Below, in pieces: positions 20,702-30,150 of a stretch of 64,000 nt of DNA. The stretch covers positions 3,680,001-3,744,000 of the forward strand of contig OY969724.1 of the NCBI GenBank assembly GCA_963702205.1. The letters run 5' to 3'. Position 1 is the stretch's first letter. Each line of letters begins with the position of its first letter. The notes under the pieces are model-generated. The model was not told the DNA's origin and did no database searches. It saw nothing but the letters and a program-made list of their open reading frames with translations. The position numbers and the translations under genes are program-made. Source of the DNA: an uncultured candidate division Zixibacteria bacterium. GTDB taxonomy: Bacteria; Zixibacteria; MSB-5A5; GN15; PGXB01.

Positions 20702-21069
20702 GGATGAATCTCCAGGTACGGCTTAATTTTTTCAAACGTGACGCGGCCGATACCCTCGACTTTCATGACGTCATCGAGCTTGGCGAACGGCCCGGCACTG
20801 TCGCGGAAAGATATAATCCGTCCGGCCAGAACCGGCCCGATTCCCGGTACCAGTTCCAAAGAATCCGGAGGCGATAGATTCACGTCGACTTTGAAAACAG
20901 GGGCATAAGATTTATCACCATCACCCAGTTCCACAACCAGCTTGAGCGGCTGCGGACCGGCTTCGGAAAACGATCTGACCAGCCGGTACACCGACACCCC
21001 GGCCAGAACCAGACACAAAACGATCAGAACTTTGATTTGCCCGGATGTGAATTCAAACCATTTATTCAT
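20695..21069 (-). CDS. ComEA-like helix-hairpin-helix DNA-binding protein
   Basis: N-terminal TM; LELVPGIGPVLAGRII...KVEGIGRVTFEKI. Confidence 0.85.
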   Translation of the reverse strand: MNKWFEFTSGQIKVLIVLCLVLAGVSVYRLVRSFSEAGPQPLKLVVELGDGDKSYAPVFKVDVNLSPPDSLELVPGIGPVLAGRIISFRDSAGPFAKLDDVMKVEGIGRVTFEKIKPYLEIHPW

Positions 21070-21136
21070 TTTCAGAACTCAATACTATGATACGACAATT
21101 GAGCAATATAGCCGCCTTTAATTAAAAAGCAACTAT

Positions 21137-22669
21137 TTACGGGGCAGTGATGGCCGCCAAATCTCGCCTGTATACCCACGCTTCGTTGGTATGATTATGC
21201 CGGGGATTCATAAAATGCAAAAGCCGGTCGACCGTCGACGGCGTCGAATGAAACACAGGCTCCAGCGGCCCCAGAAAAGTCTCCAGCGATTCGCGATGCT
21301 GATCGGCGAAATTATCTGAATAAACAATTACATAATTGACACCCCGGCCGAGCGAATCCAGAGCCGTCGAGTCGGACATTACATCCCAATTGTCGAGAGT
21401 TTTAATAGGCGGTAGTTTTATTCCGACATAAGACACCGGCAGAAGGCGCAGGCGCTCCGTGCGGTCAACGAGAATCGCCGCAATATCATTGCGATGACTC
21501 AAATAAACGAAAGGCTCGACCATACCCTTATGGGCATAATTGAATGTAAATATCGGCAGGAGGATCACATTCAAAACGACCGCAATCCACGCAGAGACTT
21601 TGAAAAGCCTGTATTTCCAGGTGTCAGTCGCGGCCGTCTTAAGCCAGGTCCACAGCCCGATCGTGCCCATAATGGTGATCAACGAAAAAACCGTGATCAT
21701 ATACCGCTCTTCCTTTTGTCTGATCAGACTGTGCGAAATCACAAACGACGCCACTGCCGCTAACAAAATTATATGTTCGCGCACCAGCTCGCGGCGGAAA
21801 AAACTCAAAATGAAGAAGAGTGAAAACGGCGGGATGAAAATCCCGAAAATGAGCGAGATATACATCCAAAACGGTTGCGGCAGCGGTCCGCCGGTTTTTT
21901 GCATTTCCAGTGCGCTGTGAATCAGGTTCATGGTGCTGTTCGCAAACCGGCCGTAGTACGCCAGGTCGAGAAATCCGCTGATAACTATCATGACCACGAC
22001 CCCGGCGCAAAAGGCCAGAGCTGGACGGATATTTTTTGCCGCGTACCAAATCGCCGGAGCCATGAAAGCCAGACAGACGCCGGTGTTGAAACGGATCATC
22101 CACGCCAGCCCACCCAGAAGTCCCGACAGCACCAGCCATTTGGTCTTTTTGTCTTTGACCCCGATATAGGCCAGGTAAACCGACGGCACCAGCGCGCCTT
22201 CGGCGACTTTCTCGATCAGCGTCCGCACCGACAGGTACGGCATAAGAAAATGCGCGCCGAGTATCAGCCCGATCAGAAGAATATATTTCCTGTCGCCAGT
22301 GGCACGACGGACATAAAGCATCCCGAACAAAACGGCAATCAAAGATACAATCGCATGCTTCAAACGAACGACGTACATGACGCAATCCAGATCGTTGCAG
22401 CCGAGTTTGGTCATTGCTTTCATAGTATAGTACAACGCGACATTATAAAGCGGCGAGCGATTGATTTCGGTCGGAGCCAGGTAGTTCCAGCGCAGATGCC
22501 CGTTTTGATCGAGAAGTCCGTGTTGTACCCCCTGCCACGCCACCTGCACCGTCTCGAAATGATCGTCGGACGCCATATACCCTTTGGAGAACGCAACCGC
22601 GAACAAACGCAGCACCAGGGCGACAATCAAACAGAAAATAATGGGGTGTTTCTTAACGAACTCCGGCAT
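21137..22669 (-). CDS. GT-C fold polytopic glycosyltransferase (GT22/PIG-B-like)
   Basis: DDHFET after TM1, multiple TMs, KEERYM motif. Confidence 0.7.
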   Translation of the reverse strand: MPEFVKKHPIIFCLIVALVLRLFAVAFSKGYMASDDHFETVQVAWQGVQHGLLDQNGHLRWNYLAPTEINRSPLYNVALYYTMKAMTKLGCNDLDCVMYVVRLKHAIVSLIAVLFGMLYVRRATGDRKYILLIGLILGAHFLMPYLSVRTLIEKVAEGALVPSVYLAYIGVKDKKTKWLVLSGLLGGLAWMIRFNTGVCLAFMAPAIWYAAKNIRPALAFCAGVVVMIVISGFLDLAYYGRFANSTMNLIHSALEMQKTGGPLPQPFWMYISLIFGIFIPPFSLFFILSFFRRELVREHIILLAAVASFVISHSLIRQKEERYMITVFSLITIMGTIGLWTWLKTAATDTWKYRLFKVSAWIAVVLNVILLPIFTFNYAHKGMVEPFVYLSHRNDIAAILVDRTERLRLLPVSYVGIKLPPIKTLDNWDVMSDSTALDSLGRGVNYVIVYSDNFADQHRESLETFLGPLEPVFHSTPSTVDRLLHFMNPRHNHTNEAWVYRRDLAAITAP

Positions 22670-23528
22670 GCCTTTTCCTTCTCACGACCAGAACGACGCC
22701 CGACAGGACCATCACTGACCCGATTGCAGTGAGCGAATCTATCGACTCGGAGGCTATCGCCACCCCGAGAAATATGGCTATGATCGGCGTGATAAAAGTG
22801 ATCATCGAGACAATAATAGCCCGCGTCTTTTTCAAAATCCAGTAATATCCCGAGAAAGCTATAACAGTCCCGAACACGATTAAATATCCGAGCGACAGCA
22901 TTGATTTAGTGGTGACTTCAAACGACGACAGCGGTTCGGTGCCGACCGCGATCGCCAGCATGAGCACCGTTCCGACAATCATTTGCATGACGGCTATAAT
23001 ACGGTAATCGTAATCGCGCAGCTTGGCGCGGACGTGGACGCTGCTGAAAGCCGACGAGGCCGATCCGATCACAGCCGCCAGCGAACCGCCGAACACGAGG
23101 TCCGAAACCTGCAGCGAATTATAAAAAATCACGACTATCCCCCCGAACCCGACCACCAGTCCCGCCCAGGCCGGACCGGCCAGTTTTTCGTCCTTGAGCA
23201 GCGCCGTCGAAAAGAGCGCGATGAAAAACGGAAACGAAGCATAGAGCACCGCCACCAGGGCCGATCCGATATGCGTCTCTGCCCAATAGACGGTGAGATA
23301 TGGAATCGTGTACATGAAAATCCCCGGCCAGGCGACTTTCCAGTATTCGGCGATTTTGGCCGGATAGCGGTTTTTAGCAAAATAATTAACGACCAATAGA
23401 ATAACGCTGGCAGCGGAGAAGCGCAAAGCGGCGGACCAGAACGGCGGCGCGTCTTCGAGCCCGATTTTGATCGCCAGCCACGTCGATCCCCAAATCAGAC
23501 AGAGGATTGTAAACACAAGGGTTGTCAT
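22653..23528 (-). CDS. DMT/EamA family transporter
   Basis: LIWGSTWLAIKIG...ALRF, YLIVFGTVIAFSGY. Confidence 0.9.
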   Translation of the reverse strand: MTTLVFTILCLIWGSTWLAIKIGLEDAPPFWSAALRFSAASVILLVVNYFAKNRYPAKIAEYWKVAWPGIFMYTIPYLTVYWAETHIGSALVAVLYASFPFFIALFSTALLKDEKLAGPAWAGLVVGFGGIVVIFYNSLQVSDLVFGGSLAAVIGSASSAFSSVHVRAKLRDYDYRIIAVMQMIVGTVLMLAIAVGTEPLSSFEVTTKSMLSLGYLIVFGTVIAFSGYYWILKKTRAIIVSMITFITPIIAIFLGVAIASESIDSLTAIGSVMVLSGVVLVVRRKRHAGVR

Positions 23529-23684
23529 GGCTAGCAATTAATCCAAAACGGCGCGGAAAGCAAATAGAATCGGCTACTCGGTAGTCTTGCATTTTGAATA
23601 GGAAATTGAAAAATTGTCGGGTTGCCGGAACTGCCCCGAGAAGACAAAACCGGCCCGAGCCATGATTTAAAGAAATAGGAAAGA

Positions 23685-24239
23685 TTAACGTTTGATGCTT
23701 TTCATAAAGTCTTTATCAATTTCTTTTCTATCGTCAGCATTCTGCCACAGATCGTGGGCTTTCCCCATAGTTGTAGAGTGATATAACGTAATTACAACAC
23801 CCTCGTCTTTGGCTACTTTAAAGGCGGGCAAAAAATCTGTGTCTGCAGTCAAAATAGATGCGTGGGTTATAATATGCTTTGTTGATAATAATACCAAATC
23901 CGTTGCAAGATAAACGTCTACACCCTTTTGCACAAATATGGGATTTCCTTCATTATCATTTCCCCGGAATTTTAATTTGCCAAGCCTGACCGTAAAATGA
24001 TCGAGTTTTTCTAATGCATGATAAAATTTCTGTCGCTTCGAAAGCCGTTCCTTCTCTTGATCGCTTGGCGCATTGCTTTGATAAGGTAAACAATTATAAT
24101 AATAGGTTCTAAGGTGAGAATAACCATTTGCCATCAGTTTTGATAATTTTAGGTAATCTATATGAAAATCATGAAATTCGTCCTTATTAATCTTTTCAAT
24201 GTAGCCCCCGTCTATGAATACAGCAACCCTCTCTGACAT
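23685..24239 (-). CDS. NYN domain (LabA/DUF88, PIN-like) putative RNase
   Basis: VAVFIDGGY, QKGVDVYLATDL, LTADTDFLP; RBS GGAGG; AT-rich. Confidence 0.88.
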   Translation of the reverse strand: MSERVAVFIDGGYIEKINKDEFHDFHIDYLKLSKLMANGYSHLRTYYYNCLPYQSNAPSDQEKERLSKRQKFYHALEKLDHFTVRLGKLKFRGNDNEGNPIFVQKGVDVYLATDLVLLSTKHIITHASILTADTDFLPAFKVAKDEGVVITLYHSTTMGKAHDLWQNADDRKEIDKDFMKSIKR

Positions 24240-24253
24240 ACTATCCTCCAATG

Positions 24254-24369
24254 AAAAAGGCCAAGTCGCATATTACAACTTGGCCGGGTATCTTACACAT
24301 TGTCTTCTTACGAAAACAATGAGGGATATTATTCCTATTAGAATATCGGCAATTTGTGCCTCTTGTCAA
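24254..24369 (-). promoter_or_regulatory. Promoter and terminated two-hairpin leader upstream of the NYN gene
   Basis: TTGACA-18-TATTCT; 10-bp stem with GUAA loop (24298-24321); 10-bp stem plus UUUUU (24254-24285). Confidence 0.55.
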
Positions 24370-24633
24370 GCGCATTTTTTTAACGAATTTCCCCCAAAAA
24401 GGTATCACAATTATACACATAATTCACATAAATATCAAAGCAATAATTTAGCCAAATGTCCCAATGTAATATAAAGCGAACAATTCTCGCTTCTATAGTG
24501 AGTGTAACTTTTAAAGCTCCGTGAATCCGGGCAAAAATATAGGGCCAGAGATTAACTACAAACATTATCCTTTACAATCCGATAAAATGTTATATAATAC
24601 GCTTAAATATGACACAATAACAAGGCATCAAAT

Positions 24634-25146
24634 ATGGAAACGGAACAGAAAAATATAGAAATCAAAGAATCGCAAGCGGTTAAGGATTATCCGGTGTTCT
24701 ACACCACCGCCGAAATCGCTGATATGCTCAAAATGAATCCGCAGGTCATCGCCCGCAAAATCCAGCGCGGCGAACTCAACGCCTACAAAATCGGCAAAGA
24801 CTGGCGGGTCGCCGAAAAAGATTTCTGGGCCTGGATGAAAAAACACTCCAACCGCAAGCTTTCGGACAAAGAAAAAGTGCTGGCGAATTTTGTCCGCGAC
24901 GGCCGCGTCATCGAAATCCCGACCCAGCGCAAAAAACGCCGGTTTATTCTGGAATACATCCTGGAGAATTTCGAATCCAACCGGGTTTACCCTGAAAAAG
25001 AGGTCAACGAGATAATCCGGCATTTCCACGAGGATTTTTGCTTCATACGCCGCGAATTCATCATGAACCGGATGATGTCCCGCGCCGACGGCAAATATCG
25101 CCGCAACGACAGCTATATCTTCTCCGACCGTCCACTACGGCCGTGA
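24634..25146 (+). CDS. Excisionase-type HTH fused to DUF2087
   Basis: FYTTAEIADMLK...GELNAYKIGKDWRV; IPTQRKKRRFIL...YPEKEVNEII...HEDFCFIRREFI. Confidence 0.8.
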   Translation: METEQKNIEIKESQAVKDYPVFYTTAEIADMLKMNPQVIARKIQRGELNAYKIGKDWRVAEKDFWAWMKKHSNRKLSDKEKVLANFVRDGRVIEIPTQRKKRRFILEYILENFESNRVYPEKEVNEIIRHFHEDFCFIRREFIMNRMMSRADGKYRRNDSYIFSDRPLRP

Positions 25147-25152
25147 TGTTCG

Positions 25153-27909
25153 CTATGGTATCGCCTGGCCGGGCATATCGGTCCCGGTACTTCCCGGGCC
25201 GGTCATACCGCCGCCGAGAATATTCTGCACCAGCGGGTCACTGCGGTTCATCTTATATTTCGCGAATTCGATGGTCGCTTCATACATTTCCGTCGCACGG
25301 TTAAGATCAAGCAACACCTGCATAAGCTTGCGATACCCGTGGGGGTTGTTGGGATTCATATGGAACGCCTCCCAGAGGTCGGCCAGCCCTTCATCGCTCT
25401 TGCCCTCGATATGCAGGGCATAACCCAGGTCCTGGAGATAGAATATATTTTCCGGATTACGCCGGTGGAGATCCTGAAGCACCGAAACATAGCCGGCCAT
25501 CAGGCTGTCGGCCTTGTCTTTCTCACCCCGCGCTTCATAAATATTCGCCAGGAACAGGTATGACTGGAAGAACTCGGGATACTTATCTATTACGAATTTT
25601 ATAAAGTCCACCGCCTTATCTTCTTCTCCGCGCGTCTTGAATTCCTGGGCAATGCGGATGGCATTGAAACCGTGAGCGAACAGCACCCCGGTGGCGTTTT
25701 CGTCGCGGTATACGGTTGGATCGGCCATGCCGTCCCAGTGATAAACTTCAGTATACAGTCGATAGCCCTCGTCGGCGTCGATGTGCCGCTTATCCGGTTC
25801 TTGCTCGAGTTTATAAATCATTCCGACCGATTCTTCGAGATCGGTCAGTTTGAGCGGCGATTCCTCGTACGGCTCCGACGTGAAGCAGACCGGGTCTTTG
25901 AAATTGTTGCTCAGAACAACTTCATCGACCATCATATCCTGCAGCTTAATGATTCGGCCGTTGTACGGTGTCGGGATCAAGTACGTCCGGCGGTGGCGGG
26001 CGCGGTCATAGAACCATTCTTTTGGTCTCTGTATAGTACGTCCCTGGAAATCCATGTCGTACCATAAAATCTGGTCGTCGTTCAAATCGATGGGGACGTC
26101 ATAAAAATGCTTCATCTGGTAAATATACCAGTCGGTATTGAACAGCGACAGGTTGACCACGCGCACGTCTTTGCGGAAATTATAGACCTCCTGCATGCAC
26201 CATAAGGGGAAGGTATCGTTGTCCCCCGCCGTAAACAATATGGCATTTTCCGGGCAACTGGACAACACGTTGTACGAATAGACGTAGGGGTACCAGTTTC
26301 GCGAGCGGTCGTTAGGGAAATAATTTTTGGCGAGCGGAAACGCCGGCAAAACTACCAGCGCCGTCGAGGCGTACAGCAGCGGCCTTTTAACCGAGTTCGA
26401 CATCCTGGCCGTGCGGACCGACTCCATCACGGCCGCCGCGCCCAAACCTATAGCCAGCCCGAATATGATAAAGGCCGGGGTGAAGAAATAATCCCGGTCT
26501 CGGACTTCCTGGTAGGCATCCCCCGTTCGGGCGTTATATTTTATCCCGTCGGCGAAATTCATGTACAGGATCAAGCCCACCGTCGTTAAAAGCAATAGCA
26601 CAAAAAACGGCAGACCGATTTCCACTCTCTTCGTGATCGTGAACCAAATTCCGAACAACCCCAGAATGAACAGCGCCCCGAAAATTTTGGTCAGGCCCCA
26701 CTGGTTCTCGAAATAGCTCCAGAAACCCATGTGGGCGTGACGGCCAAACTGGTTGGACCACTCTGCCCGACGGGTGAACATACGCTCGGTCATGGACATT
26801 TGTCCGTACTGCTTGCGGTCGAGATAATTGACAAACGTGCTGAAACCACGGGAAGTCATGTTTTCATCTATACGCGGGTGGAACTCCGAGCGAATCGGAA
26901 TAAAAACGTGCATCGAAAAGCCAATGGCCGCGATAAAAATAATGGCCAGCCCGGTTCTCCAGTTGGTATTCACTTTAAGCGCCCCCAGGACGACCATGAT
27001 GACCGCCCCGAAAGCAAGCCCGAAAGCGAACGGATAAAAACCGATCATAATCATGGAATAGGCTCCGATCGCCAGCATCACCGCCCAATTGATATACCTG
27101 AAGATCAGCACTCCCAGCACACCCACCATAAGAACCGTAACGGCGATAAAGGCCGGGTAGCCGCCGCGCCCGTCGGACAGGACGATGATCATTAACAGCT
27201 CCGCTACGAAAAAGGCACAAATGGCGACCCAGGCTTTTATGGGGGCGTCTTTCTTGAGAATGAAAAATATAGCCGCGACCGGCATTACCAGAAACGTTTG
27301 CAAATGCACCCCGACCCCGAGCATGGCGAGGTAACTGATAAAAACTACAATTCTTTGAGCTTTCGGTGTTTCGCGAATCCTGAAATATTTTAGTGTCAGC
27401 CACATTATGGCCATCATGATAACCGTTGAAAGGCCATAGACTTCGGCCTCGACGGCATTGGCCCAGTTGGTGGTGGCGAAGGCCATGAAAAAGGCTCCGA
27501 CCACTCCGCCTATATATGAAATGACTTTTTTCCAGCCGGTTATTTCTTCGCCTTCATACCAAAATGCAATCATCCTGACAATAATCAAATATCCGAAAAC
27601 GGCCGCCACCGCCTGCGACAGCGGCGAGATCATATTGATGCGGAGGCAGATATCCGACGCCGTCGGCAGAGCCGAAAAAATGCGTCCCAGCAGGATAAAC
27701 AAGGGTGAGCCGGGCGGATGCGGGACACCTAAAATATATGAACAGGCAATGAATTCGCCGCAATCCCAGAAAGAGAAAGTCGGCGCCACGGTCATACGAT
27801 AAACGATAAAAGTAAACAAAAACACGAAGGCCGCCACGAAGGCGTTTATTTTGTCAAAGCCGGGGGCGCGTCGATCAATATCAGGCACCGAAAACCTCCT
27901 AAAGTTCAA
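25153..27909 (-). CDS. DUF2723 (TMEM260-like) GT-C membrane protein with TPR tail
   Basis: FWDCGEFIACSYILGVPHPPGSPL, AVEAEVY, RDRDYFF, FTAGDNDTFPLW; start uncertain. Confidence 0.88.
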   Translation of the reverse strand: MNFRRFSVPDIDRRAPGFDKINAFVAAFVFLFTFIVYRMTVAPTFSFWDCGEFIACSYILGVPHPPGSPLFILLGRIFSALPTASDICLRINMISPLSQAVAAVFGYLIIVRMIAFWYEGEEITGWKKVISYIGGVVGAFFMAFATTNWANAVEAEVYGLSTVIMMAIMWLTLKYFRIRETPKAQRIVVFISYLAMLGVGVHLQTFLVMPVAAIFFILKKDAPIKAWVAICAFFVAELLMIIVLSDGRGGYPAFIAVTVLMVGVLGVLIFRYINWAVMLAIGAYSMIMIGFYPFAFGLAFGAVIMVVLGALKVNTNWRTGLAIIFIAAIGFSMHVFIPIRSEFHPRIDENMTSRGFSTFVNYLDRKQYGQMSMTERMFTRRAEWSNQFGRHAHMGFWSYFENQWGLTKIFGALFILGLFGIWFTITKRVEIGLPFFVLLLLTTVGLILYMNFADGIKYNARTGDAYQEVRDRDYFFTPAFIIFGLAIGLGAAAVMESVRTARMSNSVKRPLLYASTALVVLPAFPLAKNYFPNDRSRNWYPYVYSYNVLSSCPENAILFTAGDNDTFPLWCMQEVYNFRKDVRVVNLSLFNTDWYIYQMKHFYDVPIDLNDDQILWYDMDFQGRTIQRPKEWFYDRARHRRTYLIPTPYNGRIIKLQDMMVDEVVLSNNFKDPVCFTSEPYEESPLKLTDLEESVGMIYKLEQEPDKRHIDADEGYRLYTEVYHWDGMADPTVYRDENATGVLFAHGFNAIRIAQEFKTRGEEDKAVDFIKFVIDKYPEFFQSYLFLANIYEARGEKDKADSLMAGYVSVLQDLHRRNPENIFYLQDLGYALHIEGKSDEGLADLWEAFHMNPNNPHGYRKLMQVLLDLNRATEMYEATIEFAKYKMNRSDPLVQNILGGGMTGPGSTGTDMPGQAIP

Positions 27910-28042
27910 ATTTCATTAAACCGATAAGCTATATAGCAATTAAATCGAAAATAATGGGTCAAATATAAACATAAACCACGATTCCACAACCTAATTTTAT
28001 ACAATGAGGTATGGGTCTGGTTGCGGATTCCCGGAGGTAAAA

Positions 28043-28300
28043 ATGTTTACTTGGTGTATAATTCTCTTTCTGCTGGGTATCGCGGCCTTCATGGATACCA
28101 TTTTCAACTATGGTAACATCTTTCGTCAGATCAACTCGGCCATGTTTATGCTAATTTCGCTGGGTTTGATGGTCCGCACGACGATCAAGATCAAGGAAGG
28201 CAAAAAGGAAAATTACGAGGACCGTATTAAGAATCTCGAAATGCAGTTGAGGGCTTTTACGACCGACAAAAGCAGGGAAAAAGAGACCGCGGACTATTAA
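28043..28300 (+). CDS. Small membrane hypothetical protein
   Basis: RBS GGAGGT, two TM segments plus charged coil tail. Confidence 0.7.
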   Translation: MFTWCIILFLLGIAAFMDTIFNYGNIFRQINSAMFMLISLGLMVRTTIKIKEGKKENYEDRIKNLEMQLRAFTTDKSREKETADY

Positions 28301-30150
28301 GTCTGGTCCTTGGGACGGATATACCCGTCCAAAAGCTGCAACGATCGGCGCACCTCGCCGATAAACGGATAGGCCGCGTAATCGGATAACAGAGTGTTGT
28401 ATATCCGTACGGCGGCCTCTTTATTTTCAGGAGATGCCGCCAGAAGGTCGGCTTTGAGTTTCAAACAGTACGGGTAAAAATAATCGTCTTCGTGCTGTCC
28501 CGCCATATCGTCGACAATCCCGATCGCCCCGGTTGTATCCCCGGACTGAACCTTGTCTTCGGCCAGCTTCAAAGTAGACAAACCATACAGCGCCGAGTAC
28601 GGCAACTCTCTTATCGCCTCCAGACAAGCTGCCATCGAGTCGGGCATGCGGCGGGTTTGGTAAAATTCAGCTTCGGAATAAAGATTCAGCGCTCCCGGCG
28701 AGTTGATGGCGTTCTCACCGATGATCAGGCTGTGCATGAGAGCATCATTGACATGAAATCCTTTCGGATAATCCTCGATATGCTTGCGCATACCGAACTC
28801 GGCGTCGGCATAATTTTTCCGGAAAAACGTGATCAGAGCCAGAGTGTACGAGACGTTTTCGGCGTCATCCGGCACCAGTCTTTTGTCCATCATTTTCTTA
28901 TACGCCGCTTCCGCCCGGTCGAGATCGCCATCGATTATCAGCATCTGCGCCAGGGCCAGACCGGCCGGGTTGTTGTACTGACCTATCTGATTTTCCTGAT
29001 TGACCAAATTATAATAAACCCGGGCGGAATCGAAATTATTCAAGGTATTGCGATATAGGTCCCCGAGGGCAAGCAGGGCCTGAGCCCTGTCCCGGCGCAG
29101 CTCCTTGTGGATGGCCAGTTCATGATACTGGGCCAGCGCCTTGTCGATGTGCCCCAGGGCCGCCAGGGCTTCGGCATAATAGAACTTAGCCTGCGAGGAC
29201 GATGAATTCTCGATATTATTCTTTTCCATATAATCGCCGGTAGCGATAACCTGGGCATAGAGTTTTCTTTCCCGACACCGCCGCATATATGCAAAAAGTT
29301 CGTGCCCGTGCTCGTCGCTCAAAGAGTCGAGCTTGATGCAGACATTGAAGGCTTCCGGATATTGCTCGTTATAGACATAGGCTTCGAGCAGGGCCCGAAG
29401 AGCCACAAGGTTATTGGGCAGGCTGTCGAGATATCCGGCCAGGGCACCGATCGCCTTCGGCGCCGCCCCGGGATACCGAATCAACAGGGCCAGCTTCTTC
29501 TCGGCGGTCGCCGCCGAAACGGAGTCTTTCTGACCCGCCCGCAAATATTCAAAAACCGCCGAATCATAATCCATGCGCGTTTCATAAACCGAAGCCGCGT
29601 CAAACCCGAACAGATCGTCCTGTCCAAGTTCATTACGGGCTCGTTCGATCAGTTTCATCGCGACATCTTCGCTGTTGTCGTTCATAAGCACCCGTATCAG
29701 GGTGTTATAAATCCCCTGATTGCCGGGAAAAAGACCGATTGCTTTGTCGACTATCCCGGCCAGCGCCGAATCATTTCCGATATTGTTGTACAGGTTTATC
29801 AGGTCGACATAATACGTCAGGTTGGTTGGATTCTTTTCGATCTGGCCGTTCAAAAACGTCTCAGCTTTGTCATAAGCCTTCAACTCAAAATAGCAGGTGA
29901 TAAGCATATCGGTCACACGACGATCGTTGGGGTACTTTTCCAGAAGGGCCTCAACATAATCGACCGCCGACAGGTACGCCCCCTGCGCCATCAGTTGGCG
30001 CGCTACCGCCATATCCTGATCGGCCTGCGTCATCTCCGACTGAGGTGATATAATTTTAATGCTGCCCATAGGGCCATCGTCGGCGTGTGCTGTACACGCC
30101 GCCGAAAACAGGACGAGCATTAATACAAAAGCTGTTTTATTCTTTGTCAT
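28297..30150 (-). CDS. Secreted TPR-repeat protein
   Basis: Signal peptide, repeated helical TPR-like units. Confidence 0.8.
   Translation of the reverse strand: MTKNKTAFVLMLVLFSAACTAHADDGPMGSIKIISPQSEMTQADQDMAVARQLMAQGAYLSAVDYVEALLEKYPNDRRVTDMLITCYFELKAYDKAETFLNGQIEKNPTNLTYYVDLINLYNNIGNDSALAGIVDKAIGLFPGNQGIYNTLIRVLMNDNSEDVAMKLIERARNELGQDDLFGFDAASVYETRMDYDSAVFEYLRAGQKDSVSAATAEKKLALLIRYPGAAPKAIGALAGYLDSLPNNLVALRALLEAYVYNEQYPEAFNVCIKLDSLSDEHGHELFAYMRRCRERKLYAQVIATGDYMEKNNIENSSSSQAKFYYAEALAALGHIDKALAQYHELAIHKELRRDRAQALLALGDLYRNTLNNFDSARVYYNLVNQENQIGQYNNPAGLALAQMLIIDGDLDRAEAAYKKMMDKRLVPDDAENVSYTLALITFFRKNYADAEFGMRKHIEDYPKGFHVNDALMHSLIIGENAINSPGALNLYSEAEFYQTRRMPDSMAACLEAIRELPYSALYGLSTLKLAEDKVQSGDTTGAIGIVDDMAGQHEDDYFYPYCLKLKADLLAASPENKEAAVRIYNTLLSDYAAYPFIGEVRRSLQLLDGYIRPKDQT

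Noticed and set aside
24634..25146. Prophage or ICE excisionase marking an integrated element
   Set aside because: No integrase, att repeats, tRNA or phage genes seen
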